Below are positions 8,459 through 18,646 of a DNA stretch of 64,000 nt, piece after piece. This DNA comes from Candidatus Bathyarchaeia archaeon (lineage in GTDB: Archaea; Thermoproteota; Bathyarchaeia; Bathyarchaeales; Bathycorpusculaceae), in assembly GCA_038882975.1 (NCBI GenBank), contig JAVZNE010000002.1:128001-192000 (forward strand), in the 5' to 3' direction. The position numbers were made by a program, and so were the translations under genes. The notes under the pieces were generated by a model. That model did no database searches, was not told where the DNA came from, and worked only from the letters and a program-made list of their open reading frames with translations. The first letter of the stretch is position 1. Each line of letters starts with the position of its first letter.

Positions 8459-9211
8459 TTGATAGGAGTTGTTGAAAAATATTTGCTGGATAAAATCAGC
8501 TCGGAAGGCTCAATCCACATAACCCTAATCGACCCCGAAAAAGTCACGCCTTCCCAAGCTTCAGCAATCGCCAGAAGGGCGAGGGCAAGTGGGACGTCGG
8601 CAATTATGATAGGCGGCTCCACCTTCATCTCAGCTAAGCATCTGGACGATGTTGTTAAGACTGTTAAGCGGGCTGTAGACATTCCGATAATCCTATTTCC
8701 CAACAACATCACTAGTATAAGCCGTTATGCGGACGCCATATGGTTCATGTCTCTCCTAAACTCCCTCGACCCATACTTCATAGTGGGTGCGCAAGTTTTA
8801 GGTGCACCCTTAATCAAGCGGTATCGCTTAGAACCAATTCCGCTGGGCTACATTATTGTTGGCGAAGGTGGAACAGCTGGCATTGTGGGGAAGGCGGTTC
8901 CAATACCCTATGACAAGCCAGAATTGGCTGTTGCCCATGCTTTGGCAGGGCAGTATTTGGGTATGCGTTTCATCTACCTTGAGGCGGGTTCAGGTGCTAA
9001 AAAGCCTGTTCCCAAAGAAATGATAGGCGCCGTGAAGAAAAACATAGATGTTCCTTTAATTGTTGGTGGAGGGATAAGAACAAGAGCGCAGGCACTGATG
9101 GCGGCGTCGGCGGGCGCTGATATCATTGTTACCGGTAATGTTGTTGAGAACGGTCATGTTAGAGATAAGGTTTCAGAGATTGTTGAGGGCTTGAAGAACT
9201 GTAAAGTGTGA
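8459..9211 (+). CDS. Geranylgeranylglyceryl phosphate synthase
   Basis: LIDPEK, MIGGS, YLEAGSGA and VGGGIR. Confidence 0.95.
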   Translation: MIGVVEKYLLDKISSEGSIHITLIDPEKVTPSQASAIARRARASGTSAIMIGGSTFISAKHLDDVVKTVKRAVDIPIILFPNNITSISRYADAIWFMSLLNSLDPYFIVGAQVLGAPLIKRYRLEPIPLGYIIVGEGGTAGIVGKAVPIPYDKPELAVAHALAGQYLGMRFIYLEAGSGAKKPVPKEMIGAVKKNIDVPLIVGGGIRTRAQALMAASAGADIIVTGNVVENGHVRDKVSEIVEGLKNCKV

Positions 9212-9345
9212 TATTCCTTAAAGGGTTGCATTTTCTTGTATAAAACTTGATAGCCTTGATGCATTAAGACGTTGGAGACTTTGCTTTTTACGTGTTAGAA
9301 AACAAAAATATGCAAACGTTGCCAAATGAGGTACCGAGTGATTAA

Positions 9346-12300
9346 TTGGGCATACAGATGAGCAAAACCTACGAGGAATACGTTGAGGCTTTAGAAAAGC
9401 AACTCGAGCAGTTGTATAGCATAGCCACTAAAGCCCGAGAAAGGGGTTTTGACCCCGAATTTGAGCCAGAATGCACTGTTGCAAGGGACATGGCTGACCT
9501 TATTGAGGGGCTTGTTGGTCCAAAAGGTGTTGCAGAAAGAATTCGAGAGTTAAGCTCAAAACTTTCAAGGGAGGAGCTTGCCTTCAAAATTGCTGAGGAA
9601 ATTGTCTATGGAAAGTTTGGACATTTGGAGCCGGAGGCTGCTGCTGAACAAGCCATTCGCACAGCCTTAGCCATTCTCACGGAAGGCGTCACCGCCGCCC
9701 CAATACAAGGAGTCGCGCAGGTCAAGATAAAAACCAACCATGATAGGTCAAAGTATTTGGCTATATACTTTGCCGGTCCTATACGCTCTGCCGGTGGCAC
9801 AGACCAAGCACTTACACTTGTTATTGGTGATTTTGTCCGTAAGATTCTGGGGCTTGACCGTTATAAGCCCACTGAGGAGGAAATTGCTCGCTTCATTGAG
9901 GAGATTAGGCTTTACGAGCGCAATGTAAGCCGCTTCCAATATCACGTTTCAGATGAAGAGTTGCAGAGGGCTCTTCGCTGGTTGCCCGTAGAAGTTACTG
10001 GCACGGAATCCAATCTTGTGGAAGTTTCCTCCTACCGCAACCTGCCCCGTATCGAAACTAATAGGGTTCGCGGTGGGGCGCTTCGCGTAGTTAATGATGG
10101 AGTTGTTGGGCGAGCTTCTAAGGTTTGGGCTATTGTGGAGAAACTTGGGATTCAAGGCTGGGATTGGCTCAAGGAAATTCGAAAAATGTCTGAGAAGAAG
10201 CCAGCCGGTTTTATGGATGACATTGTTGCAGGGCGTCCCATATTCTCCTTCCCAAGTAGGCGGGGCGGTTTTCGCTTGCGCTATGGAAGGGCAAGAAACA
10301 CGGGATTGACCGCCGTGGGCGTCCATCCAGCTGCAATGCTCGTCCTTCAAGGCTTCATTGCAGCTGGGACCCAACTTCGCCTTGAGCTTCCGGGAAAAGG
10401 CGGCATCGCGGTACCTGTTGATACTTTAGAGCCTCCAATAGTTAAATTAAGAGATGGTTCTGTTGTGCGCGTCACCGTGGAAAACTTCAGCGATGTTAAA
10501 GATAAAATTGAGAAAATCTTGTTTTTGGGCGATATCCTCATCAGTTTTGGTGATTTCCTTTACCAAGGAAAAAGCCTTGTTCCCACCGGGTATGTTGAAG
10601 AGTGGTGGGTTGAAGATTTAAGAAAAGCCATTACTGAAAGATTTGGAGGAGATTTAGAAAAAGCAGTGGCAGCCACCCGAATATCCGGCGAGAGGCTTAG
10701 AAGATTTCTCGAAAACCCGTTTGTTAATAAGCCGACGTGCAAAGAGGCTATAACGCTTTCCTTGAGCGTTGGAATTCCGCTTCATCCCACCTTCACTTTT
10801 TTCTGGTCTGGTTTAGGTTCTGTTGAAGAGCTTAAGCTTCTTAGGGATTGGCTGGCTTCAGCTGAAGTGGAGCATGATGGGGATTACGCCCGATGCATAG
10901 TTGGCAAGATGGAAAAGAATGTTAAAAAGGCTTTAGAGGCGATATGCCTACCCCATAAAGTGATAGGGGACAAAATAGTTGTTGAAGGGGATGACGCGTG
11001 TGCCTTCGCCTTCTGCCTTGGCATCAAAAATTCCAGCAACGATTTTCGCTCATCTGGAGATATTTTGGAGGCTATTAGAGGGCTCTGTAGCATAGTTGTT
11101 AAGGATAAGGCTTCAACCTTTGTTGGAGCAAGAATGGGACGTCCTGAAAAGGCTAAGAGGCGGGAGATGAAGCCCCTCGTGCATGTTTTGTTCCCAGTGG
11201 GTTTGGCTGGCGGTTCTCAAAGGGATATCTTGGAGGCTGCTGAACATGAAAATGTTTACGTGGAAGTTGTCAAACGCAGATGCCCATCATGTAAAACAAA
11301 CACCCTTGGAATAAGGTGTCCTGCATGTGGTTCTGAAACTGTTCTAGAGTATGCTTGCCCAAGGTGTGGTAGGTCGCTTAACGATGGTGGTGAATGCCCA
11401 GTTTGCAACGTGCCAGCGGTTCCTTATCAGAGGCAGAATATTAACATAAAGGAGTTACTTGATCAAGCATGTTCTCGTCTAAGTGTTTCAGCACTAAAGA
11501 TTTTGAAGGGTGTTAAGGGCTTAACCAACGAGACCAAAACTCCTGAAACTCTCGAGAAGGGTGTTTTGCGGGCGAAGTACGACTTGTCCGTTTACAAGGA
11601 TGGAACTGTTCGCTTTGATGCCACCAATGCCCCATTAACACATTTTAAACCGTCAGAGGTAGGAGTCTCGGTGGAAAAACTTGTTAAGCTTGGCTACACG
11701 ACCGACGCTTATGGCAATCCCTTAACAAGACCTGACCAAATATGCGAACTGAAAATGCAGGACGTTATCATCCCGATTAAATGTGCGGAATACTTTGTCC
11801 GTGTGGCAAACTTTGTTGACGAACTTCTGGTGAAGGTTTATGGATTGCCACCATTCTACAATGTTAGGCGGGTTGAAGACCTTGTTGGGCATCTAGTCGT
11901 TGGTTTGGCGCCTCACACGTCTGTTGGTATCCTAGGTCGGATAATTGGTTTTACAAATTTGAATGTTTGTTATGCCCATCCAATTTGGCATTCTGCCAAG
12001 CGTAGGGACTGCGACGGCGACGAGGACGCCCTAATGCTTGCATTAGATACGCTGCTAAACTTTTCAAGGGTTTTCTTGCCATCGCAGATTGGGGGGATAA
12101 TGGACGCGCCCTTGCTGTTAATCTCTGTTGTTAACCCAAGAGAGGTGCAAAGACAGGCGCACGATTTTGATGTGGCTGATAGCTATCCCTTAGAGTTTTA
12201 CCTGAAAACTTTGGAAAGGGCAGAGGCGCGACATGTTAGTCAACTGATAGACCTTATTGAGTACCGCCTTGGAACAGAAGCACAGTTTGAGGGCTACCGC

Positions 12301-12762
12301 TTCACAATACCTGTTTCAAACATTAATGTGGGGAATGAAGAAAGCGCTTACAAACGTTTCAAAACTATGGTGGAAAAACTTAACGGTCAGTTGGCGCTTG
12401 CGGAGAAACTAGAAGCTGTGGACGCCAAAAAGGTCGCCTTGAAAGTTTTAACAAAACATTTCATCCGCGACATCGCTGGAAACCTTAGAGCCTTCTCAAT
12501 GCAGGGTTTCCGCTGCAAATCCTGTAATAAGCGTTTTCGCCGCTTGCCGCTGCGAGGCAGGTGTCCAACATGTGGCGGCGAGCTAACCTTAACAGTTTAT
12601 CGCGGCGGTATAGAAAAGTATCTTGAGGCTGCCGAGCACATAATTAAGAAGTATGATTTGCCGCGCTACTATAGCCAACGGATTCTGCTTGTGAGGGAGG
12701 AGATTAACTCACTCTTTGAGGGTAAAAAGCCGAAGCAAATTAGCCTAACAGACTTCGCTTAA
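9346..12762 (+). CDS. polC: DNA polymerase II (PolD) large subunit DP2
   Basis: AGPIRSAGGT, GFRLRYGR, RMGRPEK, catalytic KRRDCDGDED, zinc clusters and C-terminal PIP box QISLTDF. No intein seen. Confidence 0.98.
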   Translation: MGIQMSKTYEEYVEALEKQLEQLYSIATKARERGFDPEFEPECTVARDMADLIEGLVGPKGVAERIRELSSKLSREELAFKIAEEIVYGKFGHLEPEAAAEQAIRTALAILTEGVTAAPIQGVAQVKIKTNHDRSKYLAIYFAGPIRSAGGTDQALTLVIGDFVRKILGLDRYKPTEEEIARFIEEIRLYERNVSRFQYHVSDEELQRALRWLPVEVTGTESNLVEVSSYRNLPRIETNRVRGGALRVVNDGVVGRASKVWAIVEKLGIQGWDWLKEIRKMSEKKPAGFMDDIVAGRPIFSFPSRRGGFRLRYGRARNTGLTAVGVHPAAMLVLQGFIAAGTQLRLELPGKGGIAVPVDTLEPPIVKLRDGSVVRVTVENFSDVKDKIEKILFLGDILISFGDFLYQGKSLVPTGYVEEWWVEDLRKAITERFGGDLEKAVAATRISGERLRRFLENPFVNKPTCKEAITLSLSVGIPLHPTFTFFWSGLGSVEELKLLRDWLASAEVEHDGDYARCIVGKMEKNVKKALEAICLPHKVIGDKIVVEGDDACAFAFCLGIKNSSNDFRSSGDILEAIRGLCSIVVKDKASTFVGARMGRPEKAKRREMKPLVHVLFPVGLAGGSQRDILEAAEHENVYVEVVKRRCPSCKTNTLGIRCPACGSETVLEYACPRCGRSLNDGGECPVCNVPAVPYQRQNINIKELLDQACSRLSVSALKILKGVKGLTNETKTPETLEKGVLRAKYDLSVYKDGTVRFDATNAPLTHFKPSEVGVSVEKLVKLGYTTDAYGNPLTRPDQICELKMQDVIIPIKCAEYFVRVANFVDELLVKVYGLPPFYNVRRVEDLVGHLVVGLAPHTSVGILGRIIGFTNLNVCYAHPIWHSAKRRDCDGDEDALMLALDTLLNFSRVFLPSQIGGIMDAPLLLISVVNPREVQRQAHDFDVADSYPLEFYLKTLERAEARHVSQLIDLIEYRLGTEAQFEGYRFTIPVSNINVGNEESAYKRFKTMVEKLNGQLALAEKLEAVDAKKVALKVLTKHFIRDIAGNLRAFSMQGFRCKSCNKRFRRLPLRGRCPTCGGELTLTVYRGGIEKYLEAAEHIIKKYDLPRYYSQRILLVREEINSLFEGKKPKQISLTDFA

Positions 12763-12808
12763 AGTGAAACCTTTTCTACCTCTCATTGTAAAATTGCTTT
12801 TGATGGGC

Positions 12809-13072
12809 ATGCCACGGGAAGAGTATCACCCTAACGCTTACCTTATAGACTTTAGAAACGTTAGGTTGGGCTTGAAGGCGCGAACCTTAATACTGAATTT
12901 TCTTGAGAAGTCCACTGCTGATGCTAGAACTGTTGCTAAAGAAACCGGCTTGCCCTATAATGTGGTTGTGCATCACCTTAAACTTCTGGAAGCAAGAGGA
13001 ATCGTGAAAAGGGGAGGCAAACGCCCATCTGTTTGGGCTTTAACTGGGCTTGGGCAAAAACGTTTAGGCTAA
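12809..13072 (+). CDS. Small winged-helix (ArsR-like) protein
   Basis: VAKETGLPYNVVVHHLKLLEARGIV. Start chosen at MPREE. Confidence 0.75.
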   Translation: MPREEYHPNAYLIDFRNVRLGLKARTLILNFLEKSTADARTVAKETGLPYNVVVHHLKLLEARGIVKRGGKRPSVWALTGLGQKRLG

Positions 13073-13076
13073 CCAC

Positions 13077-13364
13077 TTAAAAAGTACATTGACACGGTGA
13101 GTACCCACATTTTGGGCACTTTCCATCATATTTGCCGAGGGCAGCCTTTTCCAAGTTTACACCTGTTATGTTGGCTAGTGAAGCCAACCAAGCAATGACG
13201 TCTGCAAACTCATCTTCTAATGCCTTTTTATCGTCAGTTTTTAGTGCTTCGCCCAGCTCTGCCACTTCTTCTACTAGCCATTCGAAGGTTTTTTCTACAC
13301 CTCGCTGTGAGTCTCTATGGAAGTAAAGGATTCTCATCAACTCCTGAAATTTATGTATGTGCAT
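13077..13364 (-). CDS. MazG-like nucleotide pyrophosphohydrolase
   Basis: WLVEEVAEL...EDEFADVIAWLASLAN and a C-terminal CPKC..PC.C. Confidence 0.88.
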   Translation of the reverse strand: MHIHKFQELMRILYFHRDSQRGVEKTFEWLVEEVAELGEALKTDDKKALEDEFADVIAWLASLANITGVNLEKAALGKYDGKCPKCGYSPCQCTF

Positions 13365-13400
13365 TTTCGTGACACCAGACAATCCGAGTTTGTGTTACTT

Positions 13401-13847
13401 TTAGCTTTTAAAGTTAAGTAGGGCTTTCTGTCCCTTGGTGGTTATGTGAATGACTTTTACGCCTTTCCTTTCAAGGTGGGAGGCGATGAAACGCCTATGA
13501 CAGTATTTTGGGTTTGGCTCCATGCACATGAGGCATGTCCTCTTTTGACCGGCTACCTCCAGAAGCCTCTTTATGCCTTCTCTGAAAAGTTTAGTTCGCA
13601 TGTGTCTCTTATAGCCGCCCTTTCGGTAGCCTCCTAGTTCTTTTCCAAGCCACATATATTCTATTCCATTTTCTGGCAACCACTTTTCCATTTTTTCTTT
13701 TTTGAAGTGCTCAATTTTTGAAGTTGGAAAGTGGCGGATATCTACCAGTACTTGTATTTCATGCTGCCTTAGCATTTCAAGGAAGGCATTTGTAGAGCGG
13801 TTGCTATGTCCAATGGTCCAGACGGTTACCTGTTTTCCCATCTGCAA
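13401..13847 (-). CDS. DUF488 family protein
   Basis: TIGHSNR, LVDIRHFP, ELGG and CME..P..CHR. Confidence 0.9.
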   Translation of the reverse strand: MQMGKQVTVWTIGHSNRSTNAFLEMLRQHEIQVLVDIRHFPTSKIEHFKKEKMEKWLPENGIEYMWLGKELGGYRKGGYKRHMRTKLFREGIKRLLEVAGQKRTCLMCMEPNPKYCHRRFIASHLERKGVKVIHITTKGQKALLNFKS

Positions 13848-13849
13848 GC

Positions 13850-15172
13850 CTAGCGGATTTTTATGTACTGATAGGCTTCTGTTGCATTCTCGAAACAGTA
13901 GTGCACTTTCTGGTAGCCTTTTCGGAACTCCGCCACGTCAGAGGCGACTCTTACTGGCGGCTCCTTATCTATTACCACACGTTTTATGAACTCGGCTATT
14001 TCCACCATTTCTGACTCTCGCATTCCAAGCCTTGTGACCTCTGATACGCCTAGTCTTATGCCGCCTGGATGCTGGAAGTGGCGTCCTTCCTTAATGTCCC
14101 ATGGCAAGAGATTCCTATTGATTATTATGTTCGCTTTTTCCAGAGTTTCTTCTATGGTGCCCCCATCACCATACCTTGTTATGTCTATCAGAATTACGTG
14201 AGACTCTGTAAAACCTTTATGCTCAGCTAGGACATTGAAGCCTCTTTCATACAATGCTTGGGCTAAAGCCTTGGCATTCCTAACAACTTGGCGTGCATAC
14301 TCTCTTCCAAACTCAAGCAGCTCAGCAGCCGCAATCGCCACACCAGCCACTGCATGCAAGTGGTGGTTGCTCACCATTCCGGGGAAAGTGGCACGCTTTA
14401 TCTTATCGGCGTACTTCTCCCATGATAAGACTCCACCGTGTTGAGGGCCGAAAAACGTTTTGTGGGTGCTTAAGCTTACAACATCAGCGCCTTCGCGAAG
14501 TGGGTCTTGGAAGCATTTCCCAGCGATCAAACCAGCAACGTGGGCAGCATCATAACCGACGGTTCCGCCCACCGCATGTATAGTTTCCGCCAGTTCTTTC
14601 ACCGGGTGGGGAAATGGGAAGACGCTGGCTCCAAACATCACGAGTTTTGGAGGCTTTCCTTCAGCTGCAAGCTTCTCTATGCGCTGCTTCGCCTTATCCA
14701 CGTCAATGTTCAACTCCTTATAGTCCAGAGGCAGGTATTCAACCACTAAACCGTGAACCGCGCCCGCTGTGCCTCCAAGTTCTTTCTTTCCCATTGTTAT
14801 ATGTCCACCGCAAGGTATGGACAAAGCCATCATCACGTCGCCAGGCTCGGTGAAAGCTGTATAGACAACGAGGTTTGCCACGACGCCAGAAATGGGCCGC
14901 ACATCAACAAACTCGGCGTTAAACAGCCTTTTCATGAGTTCAATGCATTTAAACTCAACTTGGTCTATGAAGCGGCATCCAGCATAAACGCGTTCTCCCG
15001 GCCAGCCCTCGGCATATCTGTTTCCAAAATCTGTTGTTAATGCCTCGCGTACCGCTGGGCTTGGTATGTTTTCGCTTGCTATTAAAGGTATACATTCCCG
15101 AAACCACGCATGATGCTTCTGCAGAACATCCAACACGTATTGATATTCCTCACGTGGAGTTGGCATCGGCAT
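13850..15172 (-). CDS. glyA: Serine hydroxymethyltransferase
   Basis: LIASEN, YAEG.PG.R.Y.G, YDAAHVAGL and STHKTFFGPQ. Confidence 0.96.
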   Translation of the reverse strand: MPMPTPREEYQYVLDVLQKHHAWFRECIPLIASENIPSPAVREALTTDFGNRYAEGWPGERVYAGCRFIDQVEFKCIELMKRLFNAEFVDVRPISGVVANLVVYTAFTEPGDVMMALSIPCGGHITMGKKELGGTAGAVHGLVVEYLPLDYKELNIDVDKAKQRIEKLAAEGKPPKLVMFGASVFPFPHPVKELAETIHAVGGTVGYDAAHVAGLIAGKCFQDPLREGADVVSLSTHKTFFGPQHGGVLSWEKYADKIKRATFPGMVSNHHLHAVAGVAIAAAELLEFGREYARQVVRNAKALAQALYERGFNVLAEHKGFTESHVILIDITRYGDGGTIEETLEKANIIINRNLLPWDIKEGRHFQHPGGIRLGVSEVTRLGMRESEMVEIAEFIKRVVIDKEPPVRVASDVAEFRKGYQKVHYCFENATEAYQYIKIR

Positions 15173-15288
15173 ACCTCGCTCGCATTATCGCCCTTACTAA
15201 AATAAAACTGTTTTGAGCGACAACGCAAGGTTAATAATGAAGGGGGACCACATGTTAAAATGCAAAAGCTGTTTGGAGAACGCTTCAA

Positions 15289-15468
15289 ATGAGTATTAAG
15301 AAAAAGAGGAAGAAAAGTGAGTCTTCGCCTATGCCGGCTGCAAGCGCTGGACTGCTACGATTCTTTGAAGAGGAAACAGAAGGTGTCAAAGTTAGACCAG
15401 AAATTCTAATAGCTGCAGCCATAGCCCTAATTGTGATATGCATCCTAGCACGCGTATTCTTCCGTTAA
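15289..15468 (+). CDS. secG: Preprotein translocase subunit Sec61-beta (59 aa, below ORF-track cutoff)
   Basis: Hand translation gives MSIKKKRKKSESSPMPAASAGLLRFFEEETEGVKVRPEILIAAAIALIVICILARVFFR, with the AGLLRFF motif and a C-terminal TM helix. Confidence 0.92.
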   Translation: MSIKKKRKKSESSPMPAASAGLLRFFEEETEGVKVRPEILIAAAIALIVICILARVFFR

Positions 15469-15752
15469 CGGCGAGAAGCCGAATGTAAAATCTCTATCCT
15501 TTGGACAGAATTCAAGTGGATAAATATTTCACTGCGCTCCTCTCTACTTGCAACTTGTGGGATAGGCTGAGCAATTGTTGCACGTAGGACTATGGCTTCC
15601 GCATTTGAAAGCCATATTCCGGCTGGCTCGCGGGTTACCGCCGCCAAAGTGCCTTCAAAGCCATAGGAGGGGTCTAAAATAACGCGGACGCTTTTCCCAA
15701 GGTTTTTCTCGAGCATGTGGAATATTGTTGGGGGCAAGGTTTGCTCGGGCAT
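15465..15752 (-). CDS. Divergent Sm/LSm-fold protein
   Basis: L...LGK.V.V.L.....FEG.L...IWL.NAE...IFI.....I.I pattern. Confidence 0.6.
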   Translation of the reverse strand: MPEQTLPPTIFHMLEKNLGKSVRVILDPSYGFEGTLAAVTREPAGIWLSNAEAIVLRATIAQPIPQVASREERSEIFIHLNSVQRIEILHSASRR

Positions 15753-15924
15753 AGCACCAGCAAAACCTATAAGTGGTGGTTCAAGGATAAAACACTTGCC
15801 CCTCAAAGCAACATTCGGTGCAACCTTAAGGCAACTTTCTTTTAAACTACTTTATTTTTTCTCCCAATTTATGCAACACTTTAATATGCCTATGCGCCTT
15901 CAGAAACTCTTTGAGCGGGTATAC

Positions 15925-17742
15925 GTGGCCAACGATGCCTCTTTCAACCAGTATTTAGATAGGGCAATTAAGCATTACAAATCGCTTTTCAGACTCCCAT
16001 CATACAAGAGAATAATTCTACTTCTAGCCGTGTTATGCATCTTCTGTGGCCTTTTATCAACTTTTAACTTCTCCCTCTCACCTGTAGGGCTGGCCTACGG
16101 GCTGCTTCTCGGTTTCGCACTTTTTTCCGTAACGCTACTTACAGATCGTTTTACGCTGTTTCTTTTTAAAGGAGATCCAATTTACGACCGGAGAAGAACT
16201 GCTGCTCTTTCCTTATTTTGTTGGGCTTTGTGGCTTCTTTTCATTTTTATAGGCTATGTTGTGTCTTCTTTCGCGGTTTTTCCCCGATGGACGATTAGAC
16301 TTTGCCTCCTAGGTTTTTCTGCTGTTTTAACATTCCGCGTCATCGTCTTATACTCAACATCTTCCGTGAATCATCAACGCTTTTTGTTAGTCTCTATTCT
16401 CCAGCCATTTCTATCTCTCATTCCATTTACCTTATCATGGTGGCTGAACGGCACTAATATTACGGCTATCTTGGGCTTTTCAGCTATTGCCTTAGCCGCG
16501 GCTTTCACCTCAAGCTTCTCTTTCATTTTTCTCTTGAATCTTGTTGGAAAACGCTCCGTCGGTGAGGAATCAATCCCCATTTTTAAAGCTTTTCTGCTGA
16601 ACTGGGTTACGGACTTAAACGTCCCCTTTGAGACTTTCCTTGAAAAGTTAAGCGAAGAACATGATGTTGAGGTTTCAATATTAAAGTTTGAGGGCTCAAA
16701 CTCTAGAACGTTCATGGTTGTTCCGTCGGTGCATCCCGGCCCGTTTAAAAATGTCGGGAGCAGCCTTTTGCCTTTCATGCTTAAAGTGGCTTTGGAGCAA
16801 AAATTTGGCGGCGTTGCATGTGTGCCGTTGGGATTGCTGGGTCACGAGCTTGATGCGGCATCCCAAAGTCAAGTTCAGCGGATAATTGCTGGTGCCCTTG
16901 AATCGGCAAACTTTAGAGTGAAAGAGGCTAAAGCCACGCCTTTCATTAAGGTCAGCGATGGCTTAGCCACTGTCTGCTGCCAAATTTTCGGTAAAACCGC
17001 CTTAATTTCGTTTTCTCTGGCTCCAAAAACAACTGAAGATTTCCCCAAAGAATTAGGCGACGCGGTTCGGAAAGAAGCCGAAAAACTTGGTTTGGAATCA
17101 TGCATTACCATCAACGCGCATAACAGCATAGACGGTATTATAAATGTGCAGACGGCATTAGATGCTTTGAAAAACGTTGCGACTGTTTGTCTAAAAAAGG
17201 CATCTTCTGCACGCTTTGCCCCATTTAAAATGGGTGCTTCAACCGTTATGCCAAAAGAGTTCAGCCTAAAGGATGGTATGGGCCCGGGTGGCATAACGGT
17301 GGTGGCTGTTGAGGTTGGCTCTCAGAGAATTGCCTACGTGGTTGTTGATGGCAACAACATGGTTTCTGGTTTGCGGGAAAAAATTTTGGATGCCCTTAAG
17401 CCTTTGGGCTTTTCTGATGGTGAAGTTTTCACTACGGATACTCATGCTGTTAATGCTGTTACGTTTAATAGGCGTGGATATCATCCCGTCGGCGAGGCTA
17501 TTAGCCACGAGAAGCTTGTTGGCTACATTGTTGAAGCTGCAAAGGGCGCGGTGGCAGGCATAGAACCAGTTAGGTCTGGGCACAGAAGCACGCTTATTCT
17601 GAAGGTAAGGGTCATCGGGCAGAGACCACTGGAGAAATTATGTATGCTTACTGACAAGGTTATTCAAACTGCAAAGAGGATAATTGTTCCCTTATTTGGT
17701 GCAACTTTTCTAGTTTTGATGTTGATTTTGCTTCATATCTAG
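15925..17742 (+). CDS. DUF2070 family membrane protein
   Basis: Multi-TM N-terminus, VHPGPF..VGSS.LP, DGNNM..GLRE and TTDTH. Start moved to GTG 15925. Confidence 0.88.
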   Translation: MANDASFNQYLDRAIKHYKSLFRLPSYKRIILLLAVLCIFCGLLSTFNFSLSPVGLAYGLLLGFALFSVTLLTDRFTLFLFKGDPIYDRRRTAALSLFCWALWLLFIFIGYVVSSFAVFPRWTIRLCLLGFSAVLTFRVIVLYSTSSVNHQRFLLVSILQPFLSLIPFTLSWWLNGTNITAILGFSAIALAAAFTSSFSFIFLLNLVGKRSVGEESIPIFKAFLLNWVTDLNVPFETFLEKLSEEHDVEVSILKFEGSNSRTFMVVPSVHPGPFKNVGSSLLPFMLKVALEQKFGGVACVPLGLLGHELDAASQSQVQRIIAGALESANFRVKEAKATPFIKVSDGLATVCCQIFGKTALISFSLAPKTTEDFPKELGDAVRKEAEKLGLESCITINAHNSIDGIINVQTALDALKNVATVCLKKASSARFAPFKMGASTVMPKEFSLKDGMGPGGITVVAVEVGSQRIAYVVVDGNNMVSGLREKILDALKPLGFSDGEVFTTDTHAVNAVTFNRRGYHPVGEAISHEKLVGYIVEAAKGAVAGIEPVRSGHRSTLILKVRVIGQRPLEKLCMLTDKVIQTAKRIIVPLFGATFLVLMLILLHI

Positions 17743-17793
17743 CTAAACACTAATAAGGGGAGCTATTCAAACCTTCCAATTCTCAAGAAAGGG

Positions 17794-18360
17794 TTGAAAA
17801 GCTTGCTTAGGGAAATTAGAATACATGGTCGAGGCGGGCAAGGCGCCGTCACTGCTGCACAACTGTTAGCCCACGCGGCTCACATCGAGGGTAAGCATGT
17901 TCAAGCCTTCCCATATTTTGGGGCTGAACGCAGAGGCGCCCCAGTTAAAGCCTTTGCCAGAATAAGTGACGCACCCATTCTTCTTCACAGCCAAGTTTAC
18001 AACCCAGACTATGTGGTGGTTTTAGACTCGCAGCTTTACAAAATAATAGATGTTGTTGAAGGTCTAAAAAAGGAAGGGGTTATAGTTATAAACACGACGA
18101 AGAAGCCAGACGAGTTAGGTTTGAAGGACTGGCGGGTTGCCACCGTTGACGCTACTGGTATTGCTCTGGAACTGAATCTCCGTGTGGCTGGTTTACCAGT
18201 GGTTAACACTTCAATTTTGGGGGCTTTTGCGGGGGCAACCGGTGAGGTTCGGTTGGAAAGTGTTTTAAAAGCTATAAAGGAGAATTGGCGGGGCAGCGCT
18301 GGGGAGAAGAATGCCCGTGCCGCTGAGCTTGCCTACGAGCGCCTAATTAAAGGATGGTGA
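17794..18360 (+). CDS. porG: Pyruvate/2-oxoacid:ferredoxin oxidoreductase gamma subunit
   Basis: [10 protein letters not shown] and [10 protein letters not shown]. Confidence 0.95.
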   Translation: MKSLLREIRIHGRGGQGAVTAAQLLAHAAHIEGKHVQAFPYFGAERRGAPVKAFARISDAPILLHSQVYNPDYVVVLDSQLYKIIDVVEGLKKEGVIVINTTKKPDELGLKDWRVATVDATGIALELNLRVAGLPVVNTSILGAFAGATGEVRLESVLKAIKENWRGSAGEKNARAAELAYERLIKGW

Positions 18361-18364
18361 AAAG

Positions 18365-18646
18365 ATGATTGTTCCCAAATCGCGTAAAGACATGCCTCTC
18401 ACGCCAATATCTTATCCAACCTTTGGAAGTATGGGAAAAACCGGGTCTTGGAGAACCTTCCGCCCCATAATAGACTATTCAAAATGCACAAAATGCACAC
18501 TCTGCTGGGTTTACTGTCCAGACGCGGCCATAACAAGACGTGATGACGACTCTCCGGAAATTGACTACGAATATTGTAAGGGTTGTGGCATATGCGCAAA
18601 CGAATGCCCAGTTAAAGCAATAACGATGAAGAGGGAGGAGGAATAA
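18365..18646 (+). CDS. porD: Pyruvate/2-oxoacid:ferredoxin oxidoreductase delta subunit
   Basis: TGSWR..RP and two CxxCxxCxxxCP motifs. Confidence 0.95.
   Translation: MIVPKSRKDMPLTPISYPTFGSMGKTGSWRTFRPIIDYSKCTKCTLCWVYCPDAAITRRDDDSPEIDYEYCKGCGICANECPVKAITMKREEE

Noticed and set aside
9346-12762. Possible intein in PolD DP2
   Set aside because: The catalytic region is continuous, the length is normal and no intein terminal motifs were seen.
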